Origin: Octopus sinensis
Lineage: Eukaryota
Direction of reading: 5' to 3'
NCBI RefSeq assembly: GCF_006345805.1
Contig: NC_043000.1
Location: forward strand, 118,730,001 to 118,794,000
Length of the DNA: 64,000 nt
This document shows, piece after piece, positions 40,719-52,440 of this stretch. The notes under the pieces were generated by a model. That model ran no database searches. It saw nothing but the letters and a program-made list of their open reading frames with translations, and had not been told where the DNA came from. Numbering within the stretch: the stretch's first letter is position 1; the number at the start of each line of letters is the position of its first letter. The position numbers and the translations under genes are program-made.

Positions 40719-43700
40719 CCCCGCAAATTACAAATCAAGCCCATCTCGGAAGAACCAGAAGAACAAAGAAGACTTAGAGAAAAAATGTCATTAGAAGAAA
40801 TGAAGATGGAAATAGAACTACTTAAGCTGAGAGCTAAGACGAATGAAGAAAAAGTAAAAACCATAGATGAGGAAATCAACGAAGAAGTCATCAAACTAAT
40901 AGACGACATCAATACTGAAACATTACCAGCACTATGGAATGAAGAATGTGAAAAAGAGGAACTTAAGTCCCTCCAACGATGGGAAAAGAGCGACATCTGG
41001 TTCTTGGATTATGAAACCAACTTCAAAAATGAACACATATCCAACAACCCCTTCATAAAATTAAGTAAATCAAAACCAAATACCAACAGAACGGAACAAC
41101 CACCAAGAAATCCTAACACACTCTACACCAGAAAAATACACTTAAAACACACCCCACACTACCTACACCAACCCCAAAACACCTACAGAGGCCCACCACA
41201 CCAGTTCGAGAATAGATATACCAACAGAACAGAACAACCACCAAGAAATCCAAACACACTCTACACCAGAAAAATACATTTAAAACGCACCCCACACTAC
41301 CTACACCAACCCCAAAACACTTACAGGGGCCCACCACACCATTTCACGAACCTAAGGGCTACAACATACAATACTATGAAATACAATCCACATAACCAAA
41401 CTAAAACTCTACTACCAAACATCCACCCTAGGAACCAACCATACAAACCTAACAAACAACAAATGCACTACGGAGGAAACAACTACCAACACAATATACC
41501 TGATGAACTAAGACGGAACACTAGGTACAACAACACACTTCAGAACAGAGCACCACAAACTCACTCTGACAATTATAACAACATGAGACAGATAAATAGT
41601 AGTTTTGAACATAACTACACCAACCATTTTTTAGACCTTACACACAGGAACAGGGACACACGATGGCAAAGGACAAACAAAAGAAACCTCAGGTAATTAA
41701 GATAATCAATCTCTCAAACAAAGAACTTACACCTAACGAAATAAGCATACTCTCCAAAGGACTTAAATTTACACCCACCCCACAACGTTCTAATTACTAT
41801 GAAATGAAAGATGATATTTCGGAATTTTGCAGGAAACTAAGACTCACCGAGGAATTTCAAGACAAACAAATAGATGAGGATTCAATAGCTAGAAACAAGA
41901 GCAATTACACCCCCACCAAGGGAAAGAATAAAGCCTTAGACCGCTATTGTGACTACATAACTAATTTCCCGTTTCAATTCATCAAGAAACAAAAACACAG
42001 CCCTAACTTTAACAAAAGAGAATGGAACGACCTCATCAAACTAAGAGAAGACAAAGCAATAACAATTAAGGAGGCAGATAAGGGCAACGCGATAGTAGTA
42101 ATGAATACAAACGATTATAAAAATTTTGTGCTATCCCTATTAAGAGATGAAACGTATTATGAAAGGGCCCAACAGTATAATCAGCAAAAAATAATGCATA
42201 ACCTTAGGACATTAATCAACACATACCGAGAAGGACTCACGGACAAGGAGTATGAATACATCACTAACTTCAAATGCAAATCGAGTTTGTTCTATGGTAT
42301 CCCTAAAGTACACAAAAGCCAAATAATTAGAGAAACATGCAAAACATCTACCGATATACTCATCAAAATCCCTTCACCAAATGATCTCAAACTTAGACCG
42401 ATAATAGCAGGGCCAGCATGTGAGACTCACCGCCTCAGCAATTTCTTAGACACACTTCTTAACCTTTCCTAAAACACATCAAAAGCTACGTAAGAGACGA
42501 TATAGATATGCTCAACCACCTCCCTAAAACAGTCAATGAGAAAACCCTTCTAGTATCATTCGACGTAGTTAATCTTTATTCTAACATCCCTCACAACCTA
42601 GGAATAGAAGCGATCACCTTCTGGCTGAATAACTACTCCTTTGAACTCCCAACTCGCATAAACAAAGACCTTATAATAGAAGGACTTAGATTTATTTTAG
42701 AAAACAATTACTTTATTTTTTACAATAATTTCTACAGACAAAGATCGGGAACAGCGATGGGCACGCGTACTGCACCATCTTTTGCCAACCTAGTGATGGG
42801 ATACCTCGAGAAAATACTCTACCAGATAACACTCGAGAAATTTGGAAACACCTTCTCTACCTATATCCAGAACAACTGGAAAAGATACCTCGATGACTGT
42901 TTCGTCATCTGGGACAAAAGTATAGAGAAACTTGAGGAATTTAAAATACTATTAAATGGAATAAATGATAATATACAATTCACGATGGATCATAACGAAG
43001 AAGAATTACCATTTTTAGACATCCTCATTAAGAAAACCGGTAACAAAATAAAGACAGATATCTACTATAAACCGACAGACTCCAAACAATACCTACCCTT
43101 TGATTCATGCCACCCACGACACACTAGAATAAATGTCCCTTTTTGTTTAGCTAGAAGGATCTGCACCATAATATCAGACACAAACACCCGACATACACGT
43201 CTCCAGGAACTTAGAACCACACTCACAAATAGAAACTATCCACAGCCCTAATAGACAGTGCAATCCAAAGGACACTCAAATTAAGTATAGAAGACCTGAG
43301 ACAAACAAAACCAAAAAAGAAAGAACAATTAAAAACCCTTCCCTACATCTCTACACACAACCCACTCAACAATGAGGCCTTCAGCACCATACTACAAAGC
43401 ACAGCCCTACTAAAGGGAGACCCAAAGATGAACCGGATCCTCGAAACACACACCATCATTAAAAGTAAACGGCAACCAAAATCCTTGAAAAGGATTTTAA
43501 CCCAAGCTAAACTGCACTCAACATCAACCACAAAACCAGCAGTTAGAAAATGTGGAAGGCCCAACTGCGGAATCTGTGTCATCTTGATAGAAGGTTCAGA
43601 ATTTATACTAGAACAAGGCCATCAGTTCACCATTAGAGCAAACTTCACCTGCGCATCAGAAAATTTAATTTACGTCTTAACATGCGCAGGCTGCAATAGG

Positions 43701-43958
43701 CAGTATATAGGCCATACAAAAAATAGCTTACGTAACAGGATGGCGGTGCATAAATCACAAATTAGAAACCCTGAATACCGGAAAATACCGGTCAGCGGAC
43801 ACATAGATAGATGTGCTGGAAATGTAAATCCGAAATTTACAACTTACCCGCTTTATAAATTCAGTGACAGCGTAACCTTCACGCAACGCCAAAATAAAGA
43901 ACTGTATTTCATCAAAAAATTTAGACCAAGTTTGAACACCCTGGGCCAGGAATATTAA
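40718..43958 (+). pseudogene. PLE ORF of about 1080 codons with three -1 frameshifts and no internal nonsense codon
   Basis: ORF-track segments 40395-41696, 41663-42472, 42508-43251 and 43428-43958 each step by -1 frame. Single-base insertions near 41630-41690, 42465 and 43248 would fuse them. Confidence 0.8.
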
Positions 43959-44099
43959 AACAAAACATTGGTCCTCCGAAAAGGAGAAGCGAAATTCTAC
44001 CACGGCCGCTGCCTTAAACAGTCACTCACACTGACAGAGATATGTCTTAGGGAAAGAAAAAATTTATAAAAGATCTCTACGAGCAGATCTAATCCTGAT

Positions 44100-44725
44100 T
44101 CGTCAAGAAACTGATGACGTATTACCTCAGTGGGCAAGCTATTGTCACCCTGCTTGGTCGGTTTCCACACACGATACAGCTAAGGGTCAGACCCGATTCT
44201 GATTGGTCAAAACATTGATGACGTCTCGTTCTGCTGGACTAGCCACCTAACGGGATTATTGTTCAAAACATTGATGACGTCTCGTTCCGCTGGACTAGCC
44301 ACCTAACAGGATACAGTCATGGGTCAGATCTAATACACCTATAGGTCAGACCCGATTCTGATTGGTCAAAACATTGATGACGTCTCGTTCTGCTGGACTA
44401 GCCACATAACGGGATGATTGGACAAAACATTGATGACGTCCCGTTCTGCTGGACTAGCCACCTAACGAGATGATTGGTCAAAACATTGATGACCTCTCGT
44501 TCCGCTGGACTAGCAACCTAACAGGATACAGTCATGGATCAGATCTAATTTCAATCCGTCAAAAACAAGGATGACGTATTTCTTCCGTGGCCAAACTGTC
44601 GTTCTGCTTGGTTGGTTTCCTAACAGAATATATTCGTTCAGACTGAGTTTTGATTGGTTGGGAACTATATGACGTCAGTGAAAAATGTAAGTGAGACAGC
44701 TAAGCTGAGCTGATATAAACCCAAA
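44100..44725 (+). promoter_or_regulatory. PLE pseudo-LTR promoter array: five units of about 57 bp, each carrying TGAC(G/C)T and most an ATTGG (CCAAT) box, then TATAAA
   Basis: GATTGGTCAAAACATTGATGACGTCTCGTT repeats over 44200-44525. TGACGTCA lies at about 44669 and TATAAA at 44715-44720. Confidence 0.6.
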
Positions 44726-45024
44726 CAATTCACAAAATTCACCAAAACTATACGAACAGACACCAACCAAAAATCATTACAGTTGCTCCCATTGGAACAC
44801 AAGGTAAAATCTAAAATGAATTCCTCGCTTTTTCAAGAACATGAATTTTTTATATTTAACTCTATTGAATGCATATCACCACTATGAACTACTACATCAT
44901 ACTCTTTAAACATATAGCATGGACTCGCTTTACTATATATGAATTTTTTATGTTTGACTCTATTGAATATTATATATGAATTTTTTATATTTGATAGCAT
45001 GAACTATCTTTTTTATATATAATT

Positions 45025-45075
45025 TTTTTTTTTGATAAGGTTCGTCATTTCAAGAACCGAAACATGTTAAATAAA
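45025..45075 (+). ncRNA. Minimal type I hammerhead ribozyme with a U3-A8 compensated core
   Basis: ttttttt-TTGATAA-GGTTC(gtcatttcaa)GAACC-GAA-ACATGT-T-aaataaa, at the 3' end of the PLE. Confidence 0.7.
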
Positions 45076-45173
45076 TAATGTATATATAAAAATTAAAATT
45101 TGTCTAATATAGCAGCATTTTCAAACTTCATTTTTTACAAATATATACCCACTCGTATACGAGCTAATCTTAT

Positions 45174-45213
<40 letters not shown>

Positions 45214-46888
45214 TGCAATGATTTGGTAAGCAGTGTCGATTTTACAATTCTGTAAGGGATAATAATAATATTTTATAAGCTTAAAGCTTATAGGCGGTCC
45301 TCAATGAATGATTAAAGTAACTAGTCTAATATTGGGTCATAGTTGCTAATTCCTTTGTCATTTTATTTTCTTATTACCGCTGTGGTGTACTCGACTAATG
45401 CTTCGTTCTGAAACTTATTTATATTCAATTCTACACTAGATTATTAGTCACGCAATGCCCAAGCGAAATATATACATACAGACGTGTGTGTGTGTATGTG
45501 TGTGTGTGTGTGTGTGTGGTGTGTGTGTGTGTGTGTGTGTGCATATGTATTACGTATGTGTATGTGTATTCCCTTACACGTTTGGACCTAAAAGCCGCGG
45601 TCATCTTGTGGTACCGCCGCCGGTATCATCACCTTTTCAATGGTCATTTCCATGCGATTGACTTTTGGCTAATGGGATTGTCTGATACTGCTGCCCTCCT
45701 TTGAATTCCTTGCCATGATGTAGGCTTATCTGGGATCTGGGAGATCTCAGGAAATCAAGGTGCTTCTTGAAACACCTGCTCTCGCTCCATTTTGATCTCT
45801 AAGTTTTTATTTATCAGACACGGGTTTGTAAGGGAAATAGCTATATAAGCATTTTTAGAGAGTTACTTCCCTTATATAATAGCAAAAAACGCATTAAAAA
45901 TGGAAAATAATGATGGTAAATTTTTTTTTAAATCGTAGACTCATCGTAGACGCGCGCTAATACGCAGAAGGGCTCGATATGAATCACGACTATAAGACAC
46001 CCGCTTTTGGTTAAACTGCACCGCAAAATGTGGGAGTAGTTAGGAATCTAAATCGTAGGAGACAGACACCACACAACCTCACTTTTATTTATATAGATTA
46101 AGTATCTGCGGACCTTTGAATCCCAAGCTATTGAAGTATTTGATCCTTACTCTACACAGGATCGGTGAGAATTTGGGGCCGCTTCTTCTCTTCTTTGTAG
46201 TTCCTTATGCTTTAGTAACCTGAATTTTGTTCGGAACAATATCGTATAAAGAGAAATATATAAGTCTGACACCAAAACGAGATGGAATATTACTTAGGGC
46301 CAATGCTTGTTTTATTAAATTATTGTACACCGAGTGTCACAGATACCAACTGGTGTTTAAGTGGCAGGAAAGTCTACGTAATCCCAAGAAATCCACAAAC
46401 TTTCCACAGCTATACTTACAAAGAACATAAATATTAGCGACTTGGGGTCTTTTCGGTTTGAACGGCAGTTTTTTAAGATAATTTCCACGTAACTAAACAC
46501 TTTAAAACTTCGTATACTGGTAGAATGTGTTTATAAAACATCTTTTTCTCTTGGCTTTATTGAGAAAATTCTATAGTTTATAAGATATTTGTTGTTGTTG
46601 TTTTTTTCTTCAATTTCTGAAATTTCAACCAATCAATGACGTCTATTGAGGTGAAAACATTCAGTGCCGTATGAATACAAACACAGACACAAACACATAC
46701 ACATACATATTTATATATACATATATACGACGGGCTTCATTCAGTTTCCGTCTACCAAATTCTCTCACAGGACTTTGGTCGGCCCGAGGCTATAGTAGAA
46801 GACACTTGCCCAAGGTGCCACGCAGTGGGGCTGAACCCGGAACCATGTGGTGGGTAAGCAAGCTACTTACCACACAGCCACTCCTACG

Positions 46889-46932
<44 letters not shown>

Positions 46933-48959
46933 TGTTAAAAACTCTTCAGTTTAGAAGTAAATTTATTAAAGACTAGCAGTATCGCCCGGCGTTGCTCGGG
47001 TTTGTAAGGGAAATAACTATATAAGCATTTTTAGAGAGTTATAGCAAAAAAATGCATTAAAAATGGAATAAAAAATGATGGTAATTTTTTTTTTTAATCG
47101 TTGACTCAGTGTCTTCAAGCCATGAAGTCGTTGTTCTAAAAGAACGCTGGTCTCCTTGACAACGCTTTACGACGTTGATTTCCTTACACTCCCTTCCCCA
47201 CAGCTTCACGAGGGAGGGAAGAAGGGGGAGAAGCAACACAGGTGCAGGTGTGACCATGGACGCCAACTCCGCCGCCATCGACACACGAAAAAATATGCAT
47301 TAAAATGGAATAAAAAATGATGTTAAATTATTTTTAAAATCGTAGACTCATCGTAGACGCGCGCTACTACCCAGACGGGCTCGATATGAATCACGACTAT
47401 CAGATACCCGAATTTGGTTAAACTGCACCGCAAAATGTGGGAGTAGTTAGGAATGTAAATCGAAGGGGCCAGACACTCACACAACTACAGTTTTATATAT
47501 ATAGATGAGTCAATTCTGATAACAACAGACAATTTTTCTATAAAAATTTAAAAAGAATGCTTGACTGCAGTTGTACATCATCATAATTATTATTAAAAAG
47601 GCATCGAGTTGGCGGTTGCTGCTGCACCGGACAAAATATCTTGTGGCATTTTCTTCCGTCTCTTTACGTTCTGAGTTCAAACCCTAATAAAGTAGACGTT
47701 GTATTTCATCCTTTTGGAGTCGGTAAAATAAAGTACCATTCAAGTAATGGGGTCGATGTAATCGACTTGTCCCTTCACCTCAAAACTGTTGTTTTACAGC
47801 CCTACAACGGACAGGGGCTCTGTTTAGGAGGTATGTTGTCATCTCTGTCACTTAAACGCCGTGGAAACCGGGTAACCGACCTTATCAGTTCTAGGGCTCA
47901 AGCAAAAAAAGGTGGGATTGTAATTTAAAGAAAATATCAACAAAATCAGGGGCTAAACCGTTTCCTTTGCTTTGTCGCAGTGAGGAGTGTCATCTTACTT
48001 GTAGTTTGTTCCTTCTCGAGCCATGTCTGGCTCTTAAGGGCCGGTTTCTGGTTTCCTTGACGTATACGTTCCCCACCTGAACGGGACGCCGGTCCGTCGC
48101 AGTTGAGCTGCAAGACTCAGGAGGAAAGAGTGAGAGAAAGTTGTGGCGAAAGAGTCAGCAGAAGTTCACCATTACCTTCTGCCGGAGCCGCGTGGAACTT
48201 AAGTATTTCGCTCATAAACACACACATTGACCGGTAAGAGATTCGAACCCGCGATCCCTCGACCGCGAGTCCGCTGCTCTAACCACTAGGCCATGTGCCT
48301 CCATATGTCATCATATTTAACGATAATTAATTATGCATTTCTCTTTCGTACATGATAAATTGTTTCTAACATAAGTACACGGTCGAAAATTTGGGGTTGG
48401 GAATTAATCGACTCAGGTGGTGAGCTGGCAGAATTGTTTAGCACGTACAAGGTTCTTAGCGGAATTTTTTCGAGGTCAGTTTTGCTTTTCATCCTTTCAG
48501 AGTTGAAAAAATACATTCTTGTTAATCTTTGGGGTCAATGTAATTGATTTGTCTCCTCCCTTCGAAAATTGCTAGTCATCCACCCTGCAACGGACTGGGG
48601 TCCTGTACTTGTATGACATTTTATTTTATCGAGCCCGGAAAAATAAAAGGCGAAGTTCACTTCGGTGAGATTTGAACTCAGAATGTAAAGAACCGAAAAA
48701 AATACCGCAAAAGCATTTTATCCGACACTACAAAGACACTTTCACATCACTGCTCACGTTACATTGTAATTATAGTTATAAATACGTGGATTCACTGAGT
48801 ATAAGCAGGTATGTTCTAAGGGGAAATACTCAGATATATGAGATTATGTCCCCTACATCTACAACGGAGCTTGTTGCCTTTTCGAATAATATATTATAGG
48901 TTGTCAAGTATGAAATTTGTAGAAAAGAAAAAAAAGTTTGCTAATGTTTTTGCTAAACA

Positions 48960-49400
48960 AGGAATAGTTTTATTCATCAAAGGATGCACCCATATTGTCA
49001 ATACACTTTTGCCATTTCAGCGGTAGCTTATCCAGCCCGGAATTGTAAAAGGCTGGCAATCTAGAGTCAATAGAATCTTGGAAGGCCTGTTTTACAGCAT
49101 CGTGGAATTAAATTTTTTTCCTATCAAAAAATTATCCAAATTCTGAAAGAAGTGGTAGTCAGTGGGGGCAAGATCAGGTAAGTATGGTGAATGATGGAGA
49201 ACTTCCAATTCCAACTCCTGTAGTTTCGCCAATGTCATTTTTGCGATGTGTGGTCTGGCGTTGTCTTGCAATAAAATGGGAGTGGATCTCTTGACTAATC
49301 TAGGCTGTTTTTTTTGTAAATTTCTGAATCATTTGGTCCAGTTGGCTGCAGTATACTTCGGCCGTGATTGCTGAGCCAGGTTTAATGAAATCATCAAGAC
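48960..49400 (-). mobile_element. Mos1-type mariner C-terminal relic
   Basis: Minus-strand fragments VYCSQLDQM and CPTDYHFFQNLDNFLIGKKFNS, frameshifted around the QDNARPH and YSPDLAP motifs. Confidence 0.7.
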
Positions 49401-50659
49401 AAACAGCGCATGTCCTTGCAAGTGGATCCAGTTGGAACTTTCTTCAAGTCGAGTAGCCGATCCCGCTCAAAAAATCCCTGAATAAGGGTTGTTATTTAAT
49501 CAATCTAACAATGTTTTAAATCAGTTTTAAAATATTTCTAAGCTCGTTCGTTTTGGCGATGAAGTATTTTTACAGGCGGATGTTCAAAGTGTTTTCATTT
49601 CCCCCACCCCACACCCCAAGAATTTTAGTGGGTGTGCTTGTTCCCCTTACACCCCCGTTTCCAAATAATATGAGTACTAGATATACTGGAAAAAAATTTA
49701 GGTTTCAAATTTGTGAAAAAGTGAACTCCAAACATGAAAGACATTCATCATATGTTCGATCGTCAGTCTCTGGCTTCCAGAATTCTTCCATCTCCACTAG
49801 GAAACGCTTTGGTCTTTTACCATTGCTTTGGGTCGGTTCGAACGCTTCACCCAAATGAATGAAACTGTATGAAATCCAGTTATATGAAGTGTACCCGTAT
49901 TTCAGTTTTGTCATATATAATATCCCGTTGAGTCTGAGTATTACGTTAATGGTACACGTGTCTTTGAAAAAGATTCACTCAACCTACACACCAATACAAC
50001 GCGCTGGTAGTTCAGTTGATCGGACAACGGACAATTGAACGCCTATCGTCCAAACTGATCGAGATACATTTACATATTTTACATTTTGATTTATTTCATC
50101 TCCCACCGTCATCGCGTGTCTTATTCCTAGATTATGATATGTACATGTCTGAGCAACCTTCTGATAAAAAGTTTCCTGCCACATGTTGCAAGGTCGGAAC
50201 TTTATTATGCCATCCTCAATACAATTGTAGAAATGAAGCAACTAGAAAGGAAAGAAAATCCAAACCGTAAATAACTAAATTTTTTTTATTGTAGCAAACA
50301 TTTGTCGAAACTCTTTAAGAACAACAATTAAATATAAATTGAAAGAGAAAAGTTAGTAATCCTGATATATGGAGTGTAGTTGTATTTCAGTTTTGTCACA
50401 CACAATATCACGTTGAGTCTGTTTAAGTATTACGTTAATGGTGCACGTGTCTTTGAAAAAAATCAGTCAACCTACACACCAATACAACGCGCTGGTAGTT
50501 CAGTTGATCGGACAATTGTACACCTGTAGAAAACAGGAAACTCTATTTAATGGCTAAACACACTAATATCAACAGTTATCGCCAAGCTAATATATAGTCC
50601 ATAAATATAGGAAGAAAGCTGCCGTTGATTAACTGCAAGAGGCCATCGCCTGTAGCTAG

Positions 50660-50871
50660 CTATATGACACGCGAACCTGTGTCCATTATAACTTTCGAAC
50701 AGGGGAGGTCAACCGCTTCCCCTTGCAGGTCAATATCCTTCACCTCCTTCAAACCTTTTGCTATTGGAGAAACAGGATACATATCAACCCGTGTGGTGTA
50801 AAGTATGGCTGAACTCGGGTTCTTGTAGAGACAATGCAGCTCCTTATAATCATACATGGTACTATGAAAAT
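50660..50871 (-). CDS. Possible terminal coding exon of an unidentified minus-strand gene
   Basis: Acceptor GTCTTTCAG|AT, then 69 open codons (FHSTMYDYKELHCLYKNPSS...DTGSRVI) to TAG. Higher GC than the flanks and not recognisably repetitive. No family recognised. Confidence 0.3.
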
Positions 50872-51216
50872 CTGAAAGACTTTTTATAAGATTTAAAGGA
50901 TGATGAACAAAACAAAATGCTTTAGTTTTTAACCTCGTTACCAAACAGAGGTGGCCGGTCAAAATTAATTCTAAATTAAAAAGAGAGAGAACATACATGC
51001 ATACAGGCATACAGACAGACAAAGAAGGAATTTAGCACAATTTTAATATTCGGTACAATTGTTTCTGTACCACTCCGTTTCTAACCACATTGCATGTAAT
51101 TGATACAGTGTGAAAAATTACGCAATGCGTGTTTGTAACTAAGTATATTGGAGTAACACTTCATTAGACCAATAGTCGTGCCTCTTTTCATTGTACACGG
51201 CGTATTATATTGTATC

Positions 51217-51780
51217 CTGGCAGAATTGTTAGCACGCCGGGCGAAATGCTTAGCGGTATTTCGTCTGTCGCTACGTTCTGAGTTCAAATTCCGCCGAGGT
51301 CGACTTTGCTTTCATCCTTTCGGGGTCGATTAAATAAGTACCAGTTACGCACTGGGGTCGATATAATCGACTTAATTCGTTTGTCTGTCCTTGTTTGTCC
51401 TCTCTCTGTTTAGCCCCTTGTGGGTAGTAAAGAAATAGGTACTTCGTCTGTCGCTACATCCTGAGTTCAAATTCCGCCGAGGTTGACTTTTGGAGTCGAT
51501 TAAATAAGTACCATTTACGCACTGGGGTCGATATAATCGACTCAATTCGTTTGTCTGTCCTTGTTTGTCCTCTCTCTGTTTAGCCCCCTTGTGGGTAGTA
51601 AAGAAATAGGTACTTCGTCTATCGCTACGTCCTGAGTTCAAATTCCGCCGAGGTTGACTTTCGGAGTTGATTAAATAAGTACCATTTACGCACTGGGGTC
51701 GATATAATCGACTTAATCCTTTTGTCTGTCCTTGTTTGTCCCCTCTGTGTTTAGCCCCTTGTGGGTAGTAAAGAAATAGT
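51217..51780 (+). repeat. Trimeric SINE family B (one head plus three tandem bodies)
   Basis: The unit GTCTGTCGCTACG...GAGTTCAAATTCCGCCGAGG...GGGTAGTAAAGAAATAG occurs three times. Confidence 0.85.
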
Positions 51781-52387
51781 TTTATAAAAGCAAAAACAGA
51801 AAAATTAAATAATTCGTTACACAAAAGACTACCCATAAGCCATTAATTACTCAATGGCCTACAAATACATGAACTTAGAAGAAAAAAATTCCCAAAAGAT
51901 CAGAAACCTACCTCAGTAGTCCACTTCCAGTCGATTGTTATACGTGTATAAATCCAAGTGAATTATTAACCAGTTTGACATTAAATGCGATCAGGCTAGT
52001 CACTATTGTACTATACTGTTATTAATGGATATAATAGCTGATTGGCAAGAATGACTTCGGGGCTGGAATAGTTGTCCACGTCTTCAGCTAAATGTAAGTA
52101 ATGCCAAGTTTAACAGTAGACTTTGTTGAGTTTTCTGTTCCACTGATTTATACTCAAGCCATCGTCGAATTACCGACGATCCACGATGGCTTTGTATTTT
52201 TTAGTGACACGTGTTTTGTTACAGGTGCTCTTGTTTTCATCCAACTTTAGATACCTGTAACATTCCTCATCAAATATAGAGGAAACAGTTAAGTCATTGA
52301 TGGAGATGTTGCAATTCTGGTTTACAGTTTTCCCTCTTTTCACAACCGTATAACAACATTTATCCTGGCCAAACTTCAACCCTATAC

Positions 52388-52418
<31 letters not shown>

Positions 52419-52440
52419 TGTATGTATGTATGTATGTATG

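Larger units (their letters stand above)
40718..45175 (+). mobile_element. Penelope-like retroelement (RT + GIY-YIG endonuclease) inserted in (TA)n
   Basis: Motifs INLSNKELT...SKGLKFTPTP, LRPIIAG, VSFDVVNLYSNIP, GTAMGT, WKRYLDDCF, KCGRPNCGIC and IYVLTCAGCNRQYIGHT...LRNRM..H. The stop is at 43958. The 3' region has promoter-like repeats and a hammerhead. (TA)n lies on both flanks. Confidence 0.92.

Noticed and set aside
40718-43958. Possible selenoprotein-type PLE with in-frame UGA codons
   Set aside because: There is no in-frame TGA in the reconstructed frame. The breaks are frameshifts.
44200-44525. Regularly spaced repeats resembling a CRISPR array (also 12155-12420)
   Set aside because: The repeats are contiguous with no unique spacers, there are no cas genes, and the context is eukaryotic.
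51905-52095. Acceptor-donor bounded segment considered as an exon upstream of 50871
   Set aside because: All three frames contain stops.
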